From Candidatus Bathyarchaeota archaeon (GTDB lineage Archaea > Thermoproteota > Bathyarchaeia > Bathyarchaeales > Bathyarchaeaceae): DNA of 64,000 nt. The stretch spans positions 15,849-79,848 of the forward strand of contig CAVOMX010000017.1 in NCBI GenBank assembly GCA_963697165.1, read 5' to 3'. This document shows positions 58,009 to 64,000 of this stretch, piece after piece; the stretch's first letter is position 1, and the number at the start of each line of letters is the position of its first letter. Both the position numbers and the translations under genes were made by a program. The notes under the pieces are model-generated. The model was not told the DNA's origin, did no database searches, and saw only the letters and a program-made list of their open reading frames with translations.

Positions 58009-58593
58009 ATGATAATGGGCGATAAACTAGCGAATCCAGCTCCTCTGGGACTATTGGGTTTCGGAATGACAACAGTGCTTCTGAACATACACAACGCAGG
58101 CATATATCCATTAGGCAGCATGATACTGGCTATGGGACTGGTATACGGTGGATTAGCTCAAGTAATTGCTGGGGTTATGGAGTACAAGAAAGGTAACACT
58201 TTTGGTACCCTTGCTTTCAGTTCTTACGGCTTATTCTGGTGGTCCCTCGTTATTTTGCTATTGCTCCCCAACTTTACGTTTCTGTCTCCCGCTGTTACAA
58301 CTCCTGACAATACAGCCATGGCAGCATACTTCTTCATGTGGGGGATGTTCACGTTGCTGATGTTCTGTGGTACACTAAAAAGTAATCGTGCAATACAGTT
58401 CGTCTTTAGCAGCTTAACTGTGCTGTTCTTCTTGTTGACGATTGTGAGACTGACCGGAAACGCGGATTTACTATTGATTACGGGAATAGAAGGAATAATC
58501 TGTGGAGCAAGCGCAATCTACACCGGCATAGCTGAAGTCTTGAATGAAGTCTACGGAAGAACAGTTCTGCCATTGTGTCCAGTAAACAAGTAA
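58009..58593 (+). CDS. satP: GPR1/FUN34/YaaH family acetate/succinate transporter
   Basis: The [18 protein letters not shown] signature and six helices. Confidence 0.85.
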   Translation: MIMGDKLANPAPLGLLGFGMTTVLLNIHNAGIYPLGSMILAMGLVYGGLAQVIAGVMEYKKGNTFGTLAFSSYGLFWWSLVILLLLPNFTFLSPAVTTPDNTAMAAYFFMWGMFTLLMFCGTLKSNRAIQFVFSSLTVLFFLLTIVRLTGNADLLLITGIEGIICGASAIYTGIAEVLNEVYGRTVLPLCPVNK

Positions 58594-58676
58594 AAACGTT
58601 TGTATAGACAACTTTTTTACGGTTTACTCCCTTATTCTTTTTTAATATACCAATCGTCTTCAGGTAGGTTGTAGAT

Positions 58677-59204
58677 GTGGATAGATTCTTGTACAAAAAA
58701 GAGATTCTGATTGACGACTCTGGATGGGGAGACCTAATCTTGGGCGTAGTAATAGGTGCTCTGAAGCTTCCAGAAGGCAGATATATGGATCGTCGGATTC
58801 CCATTTCATCTTTTCAGCATCCAAATTTCCAGAATAAACGGTATCTGGAAGATGCAGTGAAGATTGCAGAAGAAATGGTGGAGGTTATGCAGCCTGACGA
58901 TGAAACCGTTTTCAAGGTCTGTTCTGGATATGTCCTCTCTAGCATACGAGGCTACCTTAGAAAGCGAGGATTCAAAGTTGAAGAAATCGAAGTTACGGGA
59001 GAACTTCAGGAGATGGTTGAAAGAAGTTTTGCCACTTGGTGCAAAGAGGTGGGAATCGAGTTTGAACGGTTAAATGGAAAAAGAAGCTTCAACACTTTTC
59101 TGGAATGGGTTGCAGAAAAACCTCAGCTCAGAGAAAACCTTGTGAAGACAGGATGGAAGAGTTGGAACCAACGATGGCGAGAAAGAGCATATAACATGAG
59201 ATAA
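58677..59204 (+). CDS. Uncharacterised conserved protein, family X (paralog of 34602-35114)
   Basis: 175 aa, GTG start. For the shared motifs see 34602-35114. Confidence 0.7.
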   Translation: MDRFLYKKEILIDDSGWGDLILGVVIGALKLPEGRYMDRRIPISSFQHPNFQNKRYLEDAVKIAEEMVEVMQPDDETVFKVCSGYVLSSIRGYLRKRGFKVEEIEVTGELQEMVERSFATWCKEVGIEFERLNGKRSFNTFLEWVAEKPQLRENLVKTGWKSWNQRWRERAYNMR

Positions 59205-59214
59205 TAAAACTGTT

Positions 59215-59940
59215 TTAATCTATTAGCTGAAAAAGATCTTCACGGATATAGTTTATGAGATCGTCTTTTGTGCATTTACTGAAGAGAGTCACTACGCTGT
59301 TTCGGGTGATTCCCATCGTAAGCCCACGTTTCTGTGCCTCAAAAACCACATACCAAATCTGGCCATGCAACAGATAATCCTGATAGAGTGGACTATCAAC
59401 AAGATCTGACCCTGCTAGGCACAGTTTCTCGACTCCTGGCAGATCAACTTGATCAAACCATATTAGACGAGTTGCCTGCGGATTTGATTCATGTAATGTT
59501 TTGAGGGTTTCATGAGGAATCTTTGTCTCCACAATCGCTCTTGGTGTTATGAACAGAATCTTGCTGAGCTTGTTAGCCACGTGACTCGATAACAGCTTTT
59601 TGACTCCACGAGCCACAGAAGGTGCCACTACAATAAGGAAGAGCCGGTTCTGGAAGCGGGTTACCCAAAAAAGAGCCTCCTCAGTAACAGCCGCTTCAAT
59701 TTGCTTCCGCCTGTAGTAATTTCTCTGCATAAAATCTGCACTGAAAACTCCAGAAACAAGATTCTCTTTTAGTGTAAGGTCAAGAATTTCTGTTACCTGA
59801 GTTACGGTTTCGCCGTCGCTTGTTTCATAGTTTTCTTCTTCATGGAAGTCCTTCAGTTTTTGAAGCATCAAACCAAAATTGATTTCCTCTTTGATTTCGA
59901 AGACTTTAGCAGGCAGAACCATGTTTCCACTTGCAAACAC
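59215..59940 (-). CDS. Hypothetical protein, co-directional and downstream of eS30
   Basis: 241-aa soluble ORF (ATG at 59922 or GTG at 59940) with no motif recognised. Confidence 0.55.
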   Translation of the reverse strand: MFASGNMVLPAKVFEIKEEINFGLMLQKLKDFHEEENYETSDGETVTQVTEILDLTLKENLVSGVFSADFMQRNYYRRKQIEAAVTEEALFWVTRFQNRLFLIVVAPSVARGVKKLLSSHVANKLSKILFITPRAIVETKIPHETLKTLHESNPQATRLIWFDQVDLPGVEKLCLAGSDLVDSPLYQDYLLHGQIWYVVFEAQKRGLTMGITRNSVVTLFSKCTKDDLINYIREDLFQLID

Positions 59941-60062
59941 TTTGTTTTCTAGATTTTAAAGGTTCTGCGAATCCCTATAACAAAACGTTTGTAGAAAACG
60001 AAAAAGTATTATACGTTATGTACAGAATGTTGCAATAAGAGAAAATAGTGGAAAAAAGAGAT

Positions 60063-60251
60063 TTACTTGCGTTTTCTTCTTTTTCGCTTTCCTGGCGTGT
60101 ATTGACCGCTATCCCTGCTTAAAATAAAACGTTTGTAGTACGAGCTGCGATTGTCAACTCGTGGAGCAGAAGAGTGTCTTTCCCTTGCTTCTAGCTTAGG
60201 AGTTACAGATCTGACTTTGCCCGCTTTAGATAACGAACCGTGTGATGGTAT
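60063..60251 (-). CDS. rps30e: 30S ribosomal protein eS30 (S30e)
   Basis: Absent from the ORF track. Minus-strand translation: (ATA)PSHGSLSKAGKVRSVTPKLEARERHSSAPRVDNRSSYYKRFILSRDSGQYTPGKRKRRKRK*. HGSLxKAGKVRxxTPK and PRxxNRxxYxKR are eS30 hallmarks. There is no in-frame ATG/GTG/TTG after the upstream TAA. Confidence 0.75.
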   Translation of the reverse strand: MPSHGSLSKAGKVRSVTPKLEARERHSSAPRVDNRSSYYKRFILSRDSGQYTPGKRKRRKRK

Positions 60252-60382
60252 AATCTCACATCCTTTTGATATTTAGTGAAATACTAAAAGCAGAGATTCT
60301 TATAAAGATTCACAATTTGTTTGCTACTAAACATATATCTTTGAGGAGAAACAAGTCTTAACAAGGTACCTGGGGTGAACTT

Positions 60383-61021
60383 GTGAGAGAAGCAATAATT
60401 TTGGCTGGAGGAGAAGGATGGAGACTTAAACCCGCAACTTGGGTTCCAAAACCACTCTTGAAAATAAACAAGAAAACCTTGATTGACCATCAGATAGATT
60501 GGCTTCGTTCTCACGATTTTGAGAACATAGTTGTTGCATCCAACAGAGCAGACCTCACAAAAGAGCCAGTTACATATTCAACGGAAGAGGACAGTTTAGG
60601 AACTGGCGGAGCCACAAAAAAAGCCTTTGAGAACATCAAAGGAAATGTTGCTTACGTCATGAACGTGGATGACCTTGTCTTTTATGACCCTAAAGAGCTC
60701 TTTGATTACGCGGGTAAAGGGGCGGGAATACTTTTGGCTAAGCCACAGATACCTTTTGGCAAGGTTACTTTGGCGAATGGCATTGATGTTATTAGATTTC
60801 AGCATAGGGAAACCCTTGACTTCTATGTCAGCACAGGCCATTATGTCTTCAAAAAAAGCGTAGTTGAGAAACTTTTTCCAGAAAAGGGCGACTTCGAGTT
60901 CACTGCCATGCAACGGTTAGCGGACAAGAAGATGCTTCAGGGATACACATACCATGGAATGTGGTTTACGCTCAACACAATGAAGGACCTTCTTGATGTA
61001 AGAAGATTCTTCAAAGAGTAA
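60383..61021 (+). CDS. Sugar-phosphate nucleotidyltransferase (NTP_transferase family)
   Basis: AIILAGGEGWRLKPATWVPKPLLKI (G-rich NTP loop). GTG start. Confidence 0.8.
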   Translation: MREAIILAGGEGWRLKPATWVPKPLLKINKKTLIDHQIDWLRSHDFENIVVASNRADLTKEPVTYSTEEDSLGTGGATKKAFENIKGNVAYVMNVDDLVFYDPKELFDYAGKGAGILLAKPQIPFGKVTLANGIDVIRFQHRETLDFYVSTGHYVFKKSVVEKLFPEKGDFEFTAMQRLADKKMLQGYTYHGMWFTLNTMKDLLDVRRFFKE

Positions 61022-61032
61022 AGGCACATGGC

Positions 61033-61569
61033 ATGAAAATATTAGCGTTGATTGGCAGTCCCCGACGAGAGGGTAATACTGATCGGCTAGTTGAGACAGA
61101 TTCTGGAAGGCAGCAGAACAAAGGGGCACACAACAGAGAAACTATACCTTTATGACTATACCATTTCTCTTTGCACTGATTGTCGTAGCTGCAAGAAAGG
61201 GGATTATGTTTGTTGCATAAATGATGAGATGCAACAGATTTATCCTCTGATGGAAGAGGCGGAGTTGATAATTTTTGGCACACCCATATATTGGTATGGT
61301 CCTACTGCCAAGATGAAGTTGCTTATTGACAGAATGCGTCCCTTCGTCGAAAACAGGAAATTAAGGGACAAAAAGGCTGTTGTTGTGGCACCTTCAGCAG
61401 AAGGACCAATAGCCTGTGATCCGTTGCTTGAAATGTTTCGTAGGATGTTTGAGTATCTGAAGATAGAGATTTGATGGGTAAGGTTCTTGTTAAAGCCTAC
61501 GAGAAAGGAGAAATCATAACGAACAAGAAAGAGATGGACAAAGCATACCAGCTTGGTACTTCGCTGTAA
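61033..61569 (+). pseudogene. Iron-sulfur flavoprotein / NADPH-dependent FMN reductase family protein with two frameshifts
   Basis: MKILALIGSPRREGNTDRLVE | ILEGSRTKGHTTEKLYLYDYTISLCTDCRSCKKGDYVCC...IIFGTPIYWYGPTAKMKLLIDR (ORF 61091-61474) | GKVLVKAYEKGEIITNKKEMDKAYQLGTSL*. Confidence 0.7.
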
Positions 61570-62140
61570 CTATATTTGTGGCCACTTCTTTTTATAAACG
61601 ATAACTGCCAGAAGCATTGTTATCATAATTATTGACATGATTAGATTTAGTGGGAGTTCGGGTATTGGCTACGGGTTATCTTGGAATGTTATATTGGTTC
61701 CATCTGTTGAGCCTGTGATTGTTCCCAACGTTATACTTCTATATTGTTATTTCGTGGGGGTGACCGTAATTGTTGCTTTCGCCTGCACATATAATCGCGT
61801 CTGATGGGGATACAATATCAAGAAAATTTTGACTTGTAACAGTGTAGCTTCCGTGCAAGTCCGCCGAGATGGTCTTCGCGTGCATGTGTTCCAATCATAA
61901 GGTGTATGTGTATTATGTTCAAGTTAAAGGTAATCTAATACTGTCTGAAATTCTGATGTGAAGTCGCAGTCTATCAGTACGTTCCTGCTTTGTGTGTCGA
62001 TGAAGATGGAGTCGCCTTGTCCAACGTCGTTAAATTGACTGTAACGTTTGCTCCGTTTTGGGATGACACGGCGGGTATGAAGCAAACGGCTATTGATACA
62101 ACAAAAAAACCGTGAGAAAAGCAATATTACCTCTTTTGAT
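61570..62140 (-). pseudogene. Secreted MBL-fold (ComEC C-terminal-domain-like) hydrolase with PELPL+TM C-terminal anchor, multiple frameshifts
   Basis: Pieces on the minus strand: NIAFLTVFLLY (signal helix) | FNDVGQGDSIFIDTQSRNVLIDC (ORF 61924-62124) | MIGTHAREDHLGGL | AIICAGESNNYGHPHEITI | TITGSTDGTNITFQDN | PIPELPLNLIMSIIMITMLLAVIVYKKKWPQI*. Confidence 0.6.
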
Positions 62141-62148
62141 GTTATAGA

Positions 62149-62400
62149 CTATTTGATGCGTCTCCAGCCTTGTTTAGTTATGGAAGATGATTGGCTCTCA
62201 AAAACCGTTTTAGCACCGCATTTACAGTTGACATGAATTTTTAGGGTTCCCTTTTCTGTTTGATGAACAGAACCATCTAACACAACCAATTTGACTGGAG
62301 AAGAAACATTTTTTTTATTATAATAAATTCTTAGAGTACGCTTACACCCGCTACATCTAAGTGTTAGTCGTTGTCCAGTTTGGCTATCAGTTTTTCCCAC
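62149..62400 (-). CDS. Small Cys-containing protein (possible zinc ribbon)
   Basis: 83 aa, GTG start. CSGCKR...CKCG pairs. Confidence 0.4.
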   Translation of the reverse strand: MGKTDSQTGQRLTLRCSGCKRTLRIYYNKKNVSSPVKLVVLDGSVHQTEKGTLKIHVNCKCGAKTVFESQSSSITKQGWRRIK

Positions 62401-62483
62401 AAGAAACGCTCTCCACTAGTATCTATGTTAATGAACATACATAAAAACGCTTAACATGCAAAAAGTTTTGGAAATTGAATGAT

Positions 62484-62560
62484 TAGGTTTTGGGCTGTAA
62501 CTGAAAAAAGGCTGTTTTCAACAATGAAGTCTTATTAGTCTCCTAATATCTTAGGAGTTT
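62484..62560 (+). repeat. Intergenic repeat family R, copy C
   Basis: ttaggttttgggctgtaactgaaaaaaggctgttttcaacaat gaagtct tattagtctcctaatat cttaggag. It abuts the stop codon (62565-62567) of the minus-strand gene to its right. Confidence 0.7.
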
Positions 62561-62564
62561 AAAG

Positions 62565-63817
62565 TTAGTCTGTGCTGTTCCAATAAATGATTTTTGGGTA
62601 GATGTTTGCGAGTGGATAATTTGGGTCGTCATAAACGATATCCATAGTTAAGCCGTACTGATCAAGCAGTTTTTGGGATAAATCCCAGATTTGTGGGGAT
62701 AGATCGTCTGGGCCCCAGTATCCCCATATTTTGTCGTCGGGGCGACGCATCCCCCATGCGTAATTTTCAGGAAGAACTAGGGTGGCTTGTGCTGCTGTTT
62801 TTCCGTAATCTTCTGGATTCTGTTTCATGTAGTTCCAGAACTCCTGCATTGCCTCGAAGTGTTCGTCTGTTAATATGCCATAAGGGTTGCCTGGAGGGTC
62901 TGTGGGATAATTGAAAATGATGATGTAGTTTGCTCCTGTTTCATATGAAACGTGCATGTCTGAGAGCATTTCGGGTCCAGTCTTGTAGACTCCTGTATTG
63001 TCTGTTTCATTGCGGTCATTCCATACAATGATTGTGCCCCATTCTTTGTGTTGTACGGTTGCTGCCCCCCTGCATAGGGCGATATGCTGTGCCGTAATAT
63101 GATTCCATCCTAATTCAACAAAAACTGTGTCGTAGCCCGCAAGGTAATCAAACCAGTACAAGGCATAATCAGAAGTGAAAGTGATAATTGATTTATTATT
63201 CAAGATACCAAGTTCTATGTGGGTTCGAAGGTAAGTTAACATAATTGTTTTTTACTAGTTCATAATCTCGGGTTACAGTTTGGTTTTCGTCTTCTTCGAT
63301 ATACTCTTTTATTGTTTGGTAGACTTCTGGGTCGACTTCTTTTATGTGATGAAACATGAATTCCCAATCATAGTCAAGTTGGATTCCGCCAGGCTCATCA
63401 AAAAAATAAACACCCAAGAAATTGTCTCCCCATTGTTCCTCAGCATAGTCTAGCCATGGAATCTGCCATGGAGCCGCGGGGTCAAACCAGCCAAAAAACA
63501 CGATAAAATCTAATCCCGCGTCTAACAGCGTAATCGCAGATTATGTTTGTGGCAGTCTTATTCTTGCTTACTGGTCCTGATTGTAAAACAAAAAGGTTGG
63601 TGTAGTCTTTGGTTTTATCAATTAGCAGTTTTGCCTGGTCAGTTGTGTTTCCACAAAAAGAAACTCCGAAATAGGGTTCTGGCTCGATTGGCAGTGTTTT
63701 CTGTGTTATTCGGGAAATAGATGTACTACAGTTATCATTGAAAAAATAAGTATCGAACTGAGGAAAAACCATCTCAAACTGAGAGATTGACCAAAGTTTT
63801 GAACTCAAATTGAACAT
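62565..63817 (-). pseudogene. About 415-aa hypothetical protein split over three frames (two frameshifts near 63490 and 63220)
   Basis: Track ORFs 63482-63817, 63196-63501 and 62565-63242 overlap end to end and read as one continuous protein. It is rich in W/Y/D, possibly a glycoside-hydrolase-like barrel; that is only a guess. Confidence 0.6.
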
Positions 63818-64000
63818 CCTATCTTTTCGGTTAGAAAAGTAAAAGGATTTCGACCCAAATTAATACTACGAATTTTTCGTATATGCTTTCATTTAAAATT
63901 CAAATGAAGCGAATGAATTTAAATCTAGCGTCAAGGGTACTCTAAATTCAGCTAAAGATAGTTCTCTTCTTAGGGTTGAATCTAGGCGAAAGAACATTGT

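Overview
AT-rich archaeal chromosomal segment. Archaeal markers are ribosomal protein eS30, a DRG/TGS-type GTPase, CofE plus FrhB-type F420 modules, an archaeal thiolase/DUF35 pair and a C-terminally membrane-anchored ABC binding protein. The lineage cannot be fixed from the sequence alone. I see about 60 protein genes and no rRNA, tRNA or CRISPR array.

The left half (1-35 kb) is essentially intact. It holds a peptide ABC transporter, a presenilin-like intramembrane protease, MFS/EamA transporters, PhzF, an ABC-2 exporter and secreted/surface proteins, one of which has a near-perfect 216-bp tandem duplication. It also holds a sulfur-handling cluster (MBL-rhodanese fusion, split YeeE/YedE, thioredoxin, cytoplasmic SoxB/5'-nucleotidase-like protein), LtaE and UbiX. 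A three-gene NuoE / NuoF / (2Fe-2S+4Fe-4S::FrhB fusion) redox module looks like a bifurcating-type flavoprotein core coupled to an F420 module.

The right half (35-64 kb) interleaves intact genes with at least 16 genes broken by single-nucleotide frameshifts.
- Intact: PPP phosphatase, MobA, CofE, wHTH+PD-(D/E)xK protein, DRG-like GTPase, YjbQ, ModE, EncFtn-like ferritin, Pelota-like protein, SatP, eS30 and a nucleotidyltransferase.
- Broken: M50 protease, RimK-like ligase, FdhD, DUF2284, tungstate/molybdate ABC operon, HAD hydrolase, DUF35, thiolase 5' end, cyclophilin, Isf-like flavoprotein, a secreted MBL protein and others.
- A decayed island carries a tyrosine-recombinase remnant and a dead ABC ATPase.

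Other observations are two paralogs of an uncharacterised protein family with an RNase H-like DDxGxGD N-terminus, two families of conserved intergenic repeats, a shared PELPL+TM+basic C-terminal signal, a DRG paralog with degenerate G1/G3 motifs, and an eS30 gene without a canonical start codon that the ORF track misses. All functional calls rest on motif recognition by eye; no database search was run.
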